From Fimbriosthenelais zetlandica (Eukaryota): a stretch of DNA of 33,000 nucleotides. Each line of letters starts with the position of its first letter. Position 1 is the stretch's first letter. A program made the position numbers and the translations under genes. Below the pieces are notes generated by a model. That model saw nothing but the letters and a program-made list of their open reading frames with translations. It was not told where the DNA came from and searched no databases. The DNA is taken from assembly GCA_977030845.1 (NCBI GenBank), contig OZ365112.1:17391001-17424000 (forward strand). The letters run 5' to 3'. Below, one piece after another: positions 13,591 to 23,850 of the stretch.

Positions 13591-14589
13591 ACGCCCCCAA
13601 CTCTTGAGGGGGTAGTTTCTCACCGGGTGTGCTTTCATTGTGTCCCACGCGTGAACTAAATAGAGGACGACCAAAGAACTCTTGGTGGATTAAGTGGTTC
13701 TTAATTTGAGCTTACCAATATCATCTCCCCTTGTCTTCTCTCATCCATTATCTTGAGACAAGCAGTAGGAGGCCGGGATATGTACTCTGATCGGATCCTT
13801 GCCCGGCGGAGGCGAACATCGCCTCAGGCCAGTAAGAAAGGTGAGTGGGTTTAATGAAGTGAGTCGCTCAACAAGTAATTCTCAGTTGCTCCAATAACCG
13901 GCTGAGGCTGATCGTTTACAAGCTCACAGGATATGGTCCACGCACTAAGCTGACCAAGCATGGTATGTGTAAGGTTCTGAGACCTTATGTTAGAGATTGC
14001 TACTAATTGGATCGGAGTAAAAATGAATATTATCTATGTGTTCACCTGGTGGATAAAATAAAGTGAGTGATGGTGATTTGGTCAGGGGTGTTGAGGTATT
14101 CCTGAGGTGTTAACATCTCACGTGTTGATGACAGATAGGTGGGATGCCACGTATACCGCAGTCTAACATCATTATGTCTACCTTATTCTGGATACACCTC
14201 ATGGAATGATAGATCCCTGATTCCATACTAACTTTCTATAAATAGAAACTAACCGATCTGCAAGTACATCATAGCTTTCTCAAGAAAGCCAATTCTCTTT
14301 TTCCCAAGAGAATTTAAGTGGAATTTTCTTACATGTTGAATGATCCATTGACAAATAATAATCATGTATCCCATGAATACCTCACCATTTTCCCTCATGA
14401 GCTCATTTCATTAACTTGAAATACCTTACGTCATAACTTGCGTTTAATATTGATAGGTCATTGAGAGCAGCTCTGGGGGAGTAGGGGAGGGATGGAGCTA
14501 CTCGCTTCTACATGGCCAGATTTTGTTGTGGTAACCAAATACCATATCATACAGCCTGGCCGGGCGTGGAAATGACATTCGACCTGCCC

Positions 14590-15390
14590 CGCCTACCAGT
14601 CCCAGCCTGGCTAGGGCTAATATTTACATGTATTTCTCTCTGTTCCGTCATTATTTGTAAAGCATTGCTACCAAAGAACAGTTTTTTGTCGGATGCCAAT
14701 TTCCTCTCGTTATTTAGGAAATACGTGCGCCTGATTCTATTGCTTGCTTCTACATTCTTGCACCCTTCATAGTCGATTTCTACAACATGAACATTACAAA
14801 TCGGATTTATTAGCACATTTTTCCTGCTAATATAATTATATTGATTTGATAATGATCTTTTGAGTGATAAATTTTCATAGAGTTCGACATGTCTGGATGT
14901 AATAATCCATCTTCTATAACTATCTGTTATTGTATGGATTCTAGTTGGTTTCCTCGCCCCTGAAGGCGACTGTAGCTGTAGGTCGTGCCTTGAACAGGTG
15001 CGGGATCCAGGAGTTCTGGAGGAATTTAAACTGCTGGAGAACTGTGTTAGATACATGTCTGCCCTGGAGGAGGCGCCAGACTCGGCGTGGAGAATCATTC
15101 CTCCGGTAGCCTTTATCCATAAACTGCAAGAGGTTTGATTCACCAAACCAACACACCACTCCAAACTATTTTTATTTCCCACAAAATTCCTGTGATGTGG
15201 GTAAACTGCCTACGCTGATAGGCTTTTCTATAGTATACCTCCTTCTGGGGAGATTTTTAAGGTCATGAATTTGAAGCTGTCAGTACTATTTTTGTACTTT
15301 GTCATCTTCGCCATATGCAGTATTTTTCATCTGCTGCCTTCGTGACATCCTGTGATAGTGGCTCCTTCATCGATCACGATTGATCCTGAG
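14590..15390 (+). mobile_element. Decayed Ty3/gypsy RNase H end, linker and integrase start
   Basis: LGLIFTC (14611, cf. LAIIFA), SDANFLSLF..VRLILLLA (cf. TDHKPL.SLF..RW.L.L), EFKLLENCVRY (15022, cf. F.LENG.LY), WRIIPP (15088, cf. W.LVVP), YFYFPQNSCDVGK (15167-205, cf. FYWP.M..DV.K) and FEAVSTIFV (15270, cf. FE.VS.DFV) occur in the correct order. Confidence 0.5.
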
Positions 15391-15588
15391 CTTAAAAGAG
15401 ACACCCTCTGCATGGCGGGTCTCTAGGATTTAAATTGGAAAGAGCTTTTACCAATATTGGCGCGTATCAAATGCCTAGGTCGGGAAGTTTTATCACTTTT
15501 TTGATCGACGACTTGTGTGTCCTTGCCCGATTTAACAGACAGCTTCCTATTCCTTTTTCTCCTATTTGAGCAAATGTGTTACAAGCAT

Positions 15589-15676
15589 TCTTATGTGAAA
15601 GAAAAATCTTATGTGAAAGGCGAGTTGTACTAGAGTGGTAACTCATGTGAAATGAGAGTTATACTAGAGTAGTTAT
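15589..15676 (+). repeat. Short tandem duplication with a 34-36 bp unit, plus an extra partial copy
   Basis: tcttatgtgaaaggcgagttgtactagagtggtaac (15607-42) aligns to tcatgtgaaatgagagttatactagagtagttat (15643-76) with 6 mismatches and a 2-bp gap. tcttatgtgaaa also occurs at 15589. Confidence 0.8.
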
Positions 15677-15908
15677 ATCTATACTACATTCTCCCTGTCA
15701 TTCATAATCAGCGAAAATTCGATTTGACCAATAGACATAAATATATGATAGTGATGGTGATGTTATAGATGAATGAAACAGCTGTGTGTAGCTGTGATGA
15801 CCCCAGATTTGACCTCTGCTTCCTCCTCACATTCCCATCACACTAACTCACATCTCTCGTAATCCGAGATCCCTTATTTCCATATGTCACAACGGCAAAA
15901 CCATGTCC

Positions 15909-15933
15909 CAAAACCTAGACCAAAAACCTAGAC
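15909..15933 (+). repeat. 12/13-bp tandem duplication
   Basis: caaaacctagac followed by caaaaacctagac. Confidence 0.75.
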
Positions 15934-16129
15934 AAACACTTGAACAAGCAGGCTTTTTATAATGTTACACAACGTGCCAGGATGTAAAAATCTAAACAGG
16001 AGTCTTTAAAGTGTCACTGGCTAAAGTGTTAAAATTATTATCCTCGTAGTCTCTGAACTATCGTATTCATTTACATAACTGGAGGTTTTCTGAAAAAAAT
16101 GATCTGAGTCGGTTTATTTTTCATTTCCC

Positions 16130-17580
16130 ATCTGCTCTGTGGTATTTCCCTTAATTGCTCACGATATTGACAGCAGTACACTATAAGCGAAGCCATTTAT
16201 TTGGCATTTATTGACTATAAAAATCTTTTATGTCTTGGCGAATAGCTGTGCTTCACTGGGCCAGTAGAATTTGGCGAGACATATTGAACGATTTGTCTCG
16301 GTACTTTAAGTTGCTTTAAAACCCTGTGCCAGCATTCATGAGATCATTGATTACTATTGGTTCCTATGATATTCTCGTTTCTCCTGACATGTTTCTTTTA
16401 TTGATATTTCTCCTGGCGATGAAAACTCATTTGAATAAATCGTTATTGATGCTTGGTTGAGGTCTGGTATGCTCATGACCAAACAAATCACACTTCCAAG
16501 TCCATGCATTGCATACTCATCGCGATTCCCAGTCCCAATCACCTCATGGATCCTTCAGTGTGTACATGAGTATTTATACATGTATGCAATATGATAAATA
16601 ACCCCTTTTTCTCGCATATGCCATAAGATTTATTTCACAAACCTGTTTACCATTATACCCACTCAATATTATTGCCACTCGGTTTTTTCTACCTTTGATG
16701 TATAGGGCCTATTCCTTATATTACATCTATATGATCATTAGGTTTTGATAGAGGAGGACTGTAAATGCCTTTAATCTGGGAAACATTTAGCCTCCATACT
16801 GCTGGCCTGTCCATGACATATATACTTCATCCTTATGATCAAGATAGAGTTACTGGACGGTTGGAGCACCTCAACCCTTCATTTTTTTCATTTCCCCTTT
16901 TTTAAGCTCTGTTCCTGACTTATTCTTCCTCGCCACATCTGGGGCTAAGAACATATTTTTAAGAGGGGGTGTATGGGTCGGTAGGGATGAAGTGTGTTCA
17001 GGGGTGGTTCGTATACCACCTGAATACCAGGTTCTGACACTGGCTGGTATGGCGGGGAGTGGTTCGATCCTCATAGATATATTGTTTACAATTTGTATGT
17101 CCCGTCTTCCTCGCTCATTCGTCAATCAATCTAATCATTCACCCATCCATCAATCCATCCATCCTTTCATCCAATCTCCCCCCTGTAGCCACTGGTTTAA
17201 GAACTGTTGTACTTCAGAAATCGCTCCACTTAGAATACTGTAATGTTGTATATTGCTTATTCATAAGTCAGGGAAAGTTAGCCCCCTACCCTTTGTTGGT
17301 TGATCCCTAGCAGATTACGAGGAGCCTGCCTTTTCCTGGCAGCCCTCAGTTTTTTTTGTTTTTTTCTTTCTCAGGCCCCTGTGTAAATATAGGATGTTTT
17401 CTCGGGAAATACGTTCCCTCTGTCCTGCCTTTGCTTATGTTGCAAGACTGCAGTAGCATACATTTTCCCAAGAGTAATATTTCTTTGCATATTTTCCAAT
17501 GCTATATTTCTTTCAAACACTATCATATCTTTCGCTTCATTCTCTTTCTGACATATTTTCTTCATTATCTCTGACAATAT
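16130..17580 (-). mobile_element. Two collinear RTE/L1-like RT fragments (subdomains 0-1 at 17270-17580; 2a-3a at 16130-16540), possibly one interrupted element
   Basis: KICQKENEAKD..ALENMQRNITLG (17467-17502, cf. AL..M..NK.PG) and LPGKGR; then EFSSPG, QEKREYHR (16363-86, cf. QEK.REYN), KSFNMSRQILL (16262-94, cf. KAFDSV.R..L) and IKDFYS (16214-31). Confidence 0.4.
17115..17176 (+). repeat. Degenerate (TCCA/TCAA/TCAT)n tetranucleotide repeat
   Basis: tcattcgtcaatcaatctaatcattcacccatccatcaatccatccatcctttcatccaatc shows 4-bp periodicity. Confidence 0.85.
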
Positions 17581-18933
17581 GAAGCGTGTTCCACGGCGTT
17601 TCTGTCTTCTCTTTCTCACATCATAACATGTCATCTTTCTTGGCACAGATTCAACAAAACATGTTGTTTTAATAATTCTGCTTGTCCCAATTCATTCATC
17701 CAAGTCATATAGATGGTTAAACTTTAGAATATTTAATTTTCGTTAAGATAGAAGCTACATTTCTTTCTACATTTGTTTAGTGTTCCTTGTGAAGATGGGC
17801 CAGTTTAATAATAATTTCCCCTCCTTTTAGTAACTCCGTTAAACATCTTTATGTGGGTATATACTGATTCTGTCCTATATCCATACCTCCTCTGGTAGAA
17901 ACGTCTAACCTAAACCCAAGTAAACATTATCAGCTGTTTTTTTCATCTCTTCCTCAAACATATCCCCACCAGTGAACATACTGCTGACCAAAAACATATG
18001 ATCTAATAAGCAGGGATTCCGCAAATATCACTCTACAAAAACCTTACTTAATAAAATTCTTTCCTCAGGCAGTGGAAATAGCATGCAGTGATAATCTAAT
18101 CCAGCTTCACCCACTCTGTGTGCATGCAGGTTAGATTTGTCATCGAAACAATATTATTTTCTGTTTAGTTTATTCCCCATTGTCCCCTCCTAAATTGTGT
18201 ATTGCAAATGAAAGCGTTGACAGCTTCGACATTATATAAGCGTTTTGATAATATATATGGTTACTATTATTATAAAATTTCTTATGAATTGTATGGCACC
18301 ACAGCTTATATAAAAGGGTGGGAATAGGGGAGGGGAATATATGTGATCTTTCCATAAATGGAATAAGTTAAAATAGATTTTCAGTTTTAGTGGATATTTA
18401 GGGGATGGTTGAAGAAGCCCCTGATCTGTAAGGGGGATATCTTGACTAACGCCTGAGTGAAGTCACATACGGAATGAGCCAGGCGAGGCCAGTCATGCCA
18501 GAATGAGGGTGAGAGGCGGGACTATTAGCTGAGATGTAGTTTTTATTCACGCCTGCTGAATGCCCTCCATGTTATGTTTTATCATATGGTGTAATTTAGT
18601 CATGTCCCCGGCCAGTAGACAGCGTCACTAATCAGGATCACTCCCCATATAACACCGCTGATGTAGCGTCTCTAGACAGAGACACTACTTGTCATTGCTC
18701 TACTTCTGTAGATCTATACCTAAAATTATTACAAAGGATCCAAACATAGAAAGTAACCATGATGTCTGAGAAGTTATGAATTATATTATTTGATTTTAGG
18801 AGCCCTTAACTGTGATATTGGCTCGTTCATTACTTGTTACAATTAACAGTTTCTATTCTGATGTTGGGTTTCCACACCACTAATGGAAGCTCGACCTTTG
18901 TTCTCTTTATGAAAAATGTTGATGAATAATGAA

Positions 18934-18999
18934 TTTCTTCTCTGTTTCTTTCCAGGTAAGTCCACCAACATCATGTCCATTCACAGCCCTGTGGTAAGT
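18934..18999 (+). other. Juxtaposed 3' and 5' splice signals (candidate recursive splice site or 38-nt exon)
   Basis: A 20-nt polypyrimidine tract is followed by CAG|GTAAGT (junction 18955/18956), and a second GTG|GTAAGT occurs at 18993/18994. Confidence 0.45.
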
Positions 19000-19264
19000 C
19001 TTGGATCAAACCCATCTTTGTGATTATTAATTCACTTCACTGTGTGGACTCTACAGAGACTCAGTGCGAGTCAGTTAATTGATAGGTAGTAAATCTCTAG
19101 AGTCCTATCTGTTCTATGAGCAGCTCGCGCTAACACGCCATTTGCTCGGTACAGCTTCCAGCAGCTCGCCTGTACCTATTCACCTGTTATCTCCTCGCAT
19201 TCTAATCAACTCCCAATACCAGGGCAGAAACGGGTTCCTTTTGATTTTACTCATGTTTATCCGA

Positions 19265-19620
19265 TTCCATCCGACGCAAAGTTCAATTGATTACTTCCAC
19301 CCTATTCAGTTCTCTCCAGTCTGTGCCAGATGCTGATCTATTTCCACGTTCCTTTAAATAAAAGAAATGAGCTTGTGCTATATATAGTTTTGGGATAATT
19401 GGATAAAGAGAACCCTGTCCCCTCAGACCAGCAAGTGTCAAAGAAGCCATTGGTATACAAGCGTCGTTTATCCCCATATTAGACTTTCCATTTAGCTTGG
19501 ACTATTTTGAGGTCTCAACGCGTGCAAAGCACGTATACATACATAAGGGGAACCAGACACCTTGTAACCATTGGGGTTTACACGCTAAATCTCCCAGCTC
19601 TGGATATCAAACACAAGTGT
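19265..19620 (-). mobile_element. Decayed RTE-like RT fossil, subdomains 3-5
   Basis: LVFDIQ, DLKIVQAKW, GLRGQGSLYPIIPKLYI (19379-19429, cf. GLRQGC.LSP.LFNLYI) and frameshifted LNFASD (19269-86, cf. L.FADD). Confidence 0.4.
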
Positions 19621-20539
19621 TGCCGTGGTTACAAAATCTATTTGTCAGGGCCCGTTGCCAGAGCCCTCTGGAGTATCCCTTGAGCATCCCGACCCACGGG
19701 GCTAATATATCGAGGCTGGCGGGCCAAGAAGCAATGAATGCTAATGGTCAGTCAGACCAAGGTGGACACTGCCTGCACGTGCTCATACATAGTGATGGAC
19801 CCGCGGGCGAGCAGCTCGCTGTTGCATGGTTATAGGTATATGACACCAAGGTGGCCGGTCTAGGGATCTTAGAGGCTGAGTCTAAATCTTGAAGTTAGGA
19901 CCAGTTCTTTTTATTCCCATTTAGCTTCCACCAGCTCCAAGGCTATGTCAAACTTCTTGGATCGCATGTTTCCCCTGAACCAAATAGGCCTATTTAGTGA
20001 TTTATTATGGTAAAATGTCAATGCTCTATGGCAGCCAATTTCAGAGAATATTTCCATGAATGTCCTGATATATAGGCTTTAATTTTCACCCTTGAAAGTA
20101 GGTTCCGATTGCCTGGATGTTTCCCATACTGTCTCTGACCCCCTGTCCAGGAGGAGGTGGAGAGTTCACAGGGGAAGAAGAGCCAGGTTCCCAGGGATCA
20201 AATAGGCTTACACTGAGAACATAATAGGCTACCCTCACTCTGAGCCTAACCCTAGCGGAGCTGATCAATAGCCGGATCCTGTGGGAACTTAATCCTCCTG
20301 GGAGGTCCTGATCATCGCCAAATCCCCAGTGAAATTCACAGATAAAATATTGTCCAGTCAAAATCTTCTCAGGATTCTTTGTCCTTGCTTAATGCAAACA
20401 AATTAATTTCACTTTCATTCCCTTTTTTAATTGTGATACTTTATTACACTTCGAATGACATGGTCGTTGATCTTGGCTTTCTTGATGAATAGGAAGGAAT
20501 GAAAGAACAGATAGGATATTCAGGGTTAAAAGGTGAGTG

Positions 20540-22740
20540 TGACAGCCATGGGCCACACGCTTGGTGGAGACAGGTCCATTTCATGCTGGTCGACTCATCA
20601 CTGCCCTCTTCAGGCAATCAGCTGAGTGAGGTTTTATTTCCCTACCACACCACCACGAGACGCCGCTGATGGTATCGTGGGTGTGAGGAGAGGCTATGAA
20701 CGCGTGCTCAGGAAATTGCTTGTATTTGGCAGAATGGTGCAATTGTCCCCTGGGGATTGCCATCCAATAAGAAAGAATGGGATGCAGTTATTTGAAGGAC
20801 ATGTCTTACGACTGAGACACGGTCCTTATCGCTTTTTTCCTGAGAACCAAGGCCCTTAAACAGCGATTGCCACTTCTAAAATGCATAGGAACGGTATTTG
20901 AAAGGCAGCCTCCCAGAAAGGCCTTCTCTAAAGAGGCATGCTAGCGTTGTCATCCATACATCTCCATGTTAACCAAAGATGCAACGCCTGTACCCAACGT
21001 CAACACGTTCTACAGACGTCCCAATTCCTATAAACACTCTGACCATCTGAAGGCGTTTTGTGCATGGTGGGTAGGCCTACGATCCCATGCAGACCATTCT
21101 ATATGGAAGCCATAACACAACCATATACTGGGCCTGTGTATAATTTTATGTCCTTGGAAAGTTTGTGTTAATTTTGTTCCCATGTTGGGAGTGGCTTTAA
21201 GAGCCTATACCTCATACCCTTCTATGTTTGCCATGTAGGCCTAGCATGTGGTGATTAGTCTGTACGTGTCAGGCCTCGGGGGGTTTGCTGCCAGTGTTTA
21301 ATTAAGCTTCAGGACATATCAATATTACACTCCATTAACAGTGACAGAGTAGTGTGGGATTTATATCGCACTATATCACTTGAATTATATAATGAAGGTT
21401 GTCTCCCATATTAATCGGCACGTAAAGCTTCATTGTTTTCTCATCATAGTCGGTAGCTTTATTGAATGTAGCCTTACAGGATCGATTAACAGCCTCACTG
21501 TGTGTATTTGGGTATTAAGTTTTATGTTAAAAAAGCAGCTCTAGGCTGGAAAAAGATGCATCTCTGTATAGCACTTCGGTGCCAAAGGACCGCCTACATC
21601 TGTGCCTGTTGCCATAGTCTATTGCCAGAGGGCGTGGGGGAGCTAGACACATGGAAGAAAGTGCAGCGCCTACAACATGCCAACTTAGAGCTGAATAATG
21701 TCCTCTTTATACATATGTGAGACATTGTGTTGATTTGAGACTGTTTGATATAGTATATATGATAATGACGTACATAGGAAACTGTACTCGTACATCAATG
21801 CCCAACATTTAATCAGGTGAACAGACATAAACTGTGAGAGGAAACTGCAATGACTTTTAATGGCCGTCTATGCTATTCGAGCCTTGATATTATCAATACA
21901 GAGCAATCAGAAAGAAATGACTTTTTTATTGTCGGACATTTCCTTTTGGGAAATGAGTTTTCCTGCATACATGACTTAGTAAAGAAATGGACTTTGCATT
22001 ACATTCCGCTGTTGCTTAATGGCCGAGGTTCGTGACTTGGCTTGGTGAAGGAGCTCCTGCAGCATTCAATATATACCCAGACGTCACTATACCGCTCATA
22101 GTTCCTCACTTTTATTATAGACACGCTGCTCTCCCAGAAGACACTGACAAAATTGACGAAAATCCATCTTTAACATGCCTCGATCTTCTTAAAAAAACTA
22201 AATGTATATTTGGTGTTTATATATATGATGCATTAGGAGCGCCACAGGAATGCCGTGCTAGTAAAAATGTGCCTTGTGGCGGGAGGAGGAACTAGGAGCC
22301 TGGGGAAATTAGCCAGAGGTTTTATGTGCAGCTTAATGAGCGATCTCATTAAATATGAAAGATCCTGGCAAAAACACAACTGCCAGTCTGCAATTGGTTT
22401 AGGATGTGCGCCTACTGCCATGCCTTAAGGGTGTACTGGCCGAGGTGGGGAAGGTAAAAATAAGACAAATCTTCATATAAAACCATGTAATTCTCCTCAC
22501 TGCCTGCCACCCTCTATTAGTGACATGTATTTAGGATTTGGGGGTCATTTAGTGATTTGGGTTTGGGTTGTGATAATGACTGTTATGTTGGTAAGTGGAC
22601 TGTGACAGCTATATTGAGATAGTGGTGGTGCCTGGACAATGTATCAACTCTCATGTCATCCAAGGTGAAATACATGGTCAGGTGGTCTGGGTAATGTCAA
22701 TATGGACATGTTATCACATCTATCACACCATGACATAATC
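20540..22740 (+). mobile_element. Decayed Ty3/gypsy pol fossil (RT C-terminal half, RNase H, integrase)
   Basis: Motifs occur in gypsy order over about the expected 2 kb. RT: RVLRKL..G..VQLSPGDCH.IRK....FEGHVL (20701-20805, cf. VL.RL..AGL.L.P.KC.F....FLGH) and FYRR-PN (21008-21025). RNase H end: YLGIKFYVK..AAL (21505, cf. YL.GRKF.V.TDH.AL). Pre-integrase: LIVP (22095) and RVYWPRW (22428, cf. RFYWP.M). Integrase core: YLGFGGHL and DCYVGKW..AIL (22578, cf. D.FSKW.EA). Many stops and frameshifts; matched by eye. Confidence 0.55.
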
Positions 22741-22789
22741 ATCTAGGCCATCATCCCATTCCCCTCACGCAGGAAGAAATGCTTCACAA

Positions 22790-23850
22790 TAACTGATATT
22801 TTCTTGGTGAGGCGATACTTCTGAAAAAAATATTCAGAAGACATGGGGCAATTTTATGTCTGCACTTTATTGGAGATCAATACGTCTGCATACTCTTCAT
22901 GCCTGTCTACTTTAGAAGAGCTATATGTGATGAGAATTCCATTGCCAGGCCCTGTCCAATTTGTGCTTCAATGCGATGACAAGTTCACCCGATTCCGAAG
23001 CAGGAAGTGTGTGAAGGTCATGACCTCACACCTTCACACAAGGTCAGAGCTAGGTCAGAATGTCGACCCTGTTCAGATCGCCTGTCACTGAGGGATAAAA
23101 CCAGACGATTGTCCATGGATCACCCCCGTCACGAGCCCCGTCAAACACTGCTGGCCACCATTATCCTCGCTGCTCAGCTTGTGATTATCTAAATTATTGA
23201 AACTATAAAAAAAATCGATGGCTTCCACCCTGATTAATGTATGGGTTTATTTTGACAGGATAGCTTGCTGGTAATCTTGTAGGACAGAAATGAAAGCATC
23301 GGCATATAAATCTCATGCTTGTCTCAATATTGTGGAATTACAGAAGATAAAAGTCTGGGTATTTGTCCACACAGCAGCCTGAGGCTATTCATTGTTGAGC
23401 GTTGTTGAAGTCTCCTCTTGCAATAATTCCATAGAAGACTATGTGATATATTACATATATAAAGAGGGAGATGTCAATAGCGTGTCGGGCCTCCACCGCA
23501 ACCCAGTATTAAAGCATCTTGCCTCATAATTTAATCCATGAGAAAATGTTCGGTGCTCATTTGAAGAGGCTGGTGCGTGCCATCACGCAAGTCTGGCGAA
23601 ATTCTTGGCGTTTATAAAATGTGTCTGTACCATATAATATCAGCGGGTAATATTGGCCTGCCCGTGTCCCTGAGGACTGTTTCCCTTTCCGTTCATGTGG
23701 TGTAGAAGCCATGTTTTTTCCCTGGCATTATCACAATGATACAGGCGCGCCTGACATTAATAAAAGGCAGACACCAATCTACAAGACAATGGCTATTAAC
23801 ACCCCGAATAGACTGCCTATCGTCCAACCATTCAGGCCCTAATGTTGCAA
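22790..23850 (-). mobile_element. Decayed non-LTR (RTE/L1-like) reverse transcriptase fossil, subdomains 0-6
   Basis: Ordered minus-strand motifs: TLGPEWL (23825-48, cf. APGPDG), RRACIIVIMPGKK (23714-52, cf. W..A.I..IPKPGK), RPI (23651-59), INAKNFARL (23589-615, cf. DAKIFARI), LRQ..DYQQA (23262-76, cf. DY.KAFD), TGVIHG (23112-29, cf. GV.QG), EYADVLI (about 22876-95, cf. YADD) and KYRLTKK (22800-20, cf. KYGL..N.KKT). Spacing is longer than canonical in two intervals. Confidence 0.55.
23015..23057. promoter_or_regulatory. Cluster of four perfect AGGTCA half-sites (IR0 plus DR5 geometry); function unproven
   Basis: AGGTCATGACCT at 23015-26 and AGGTCA-gagct-AGGTCA at 23041-57. Confidence 0.35.

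Noticed and set aside
14998-15132. 135-nt phase 0-0 host exon candidate (VRDPGVLEEF...HKLQE) with CAG| and |GTTTGA
   Set aside because: The peptide and its downstream flank (FYFPQ..DV.K) fit the gypsy RNase H-integrase linker better, and the splice sites are weak.
20231-20256. Telomere-like cctaaccct
   Set aside because: Fewer than two intact units.
21850-21960. Endonuclease-like NGRLCY / IVGHF
   Set aside because: The spacing is far too short and the region lies inside the better-supported gypsy fossil.
22655-22680. DHVFHLG as RT subdomain 7 of the minus-strand fossil
   Set aside because: It interleaves with plus-strand integrase-like motifs, so one must be chance. This shows the false-positive risk of eye matching.
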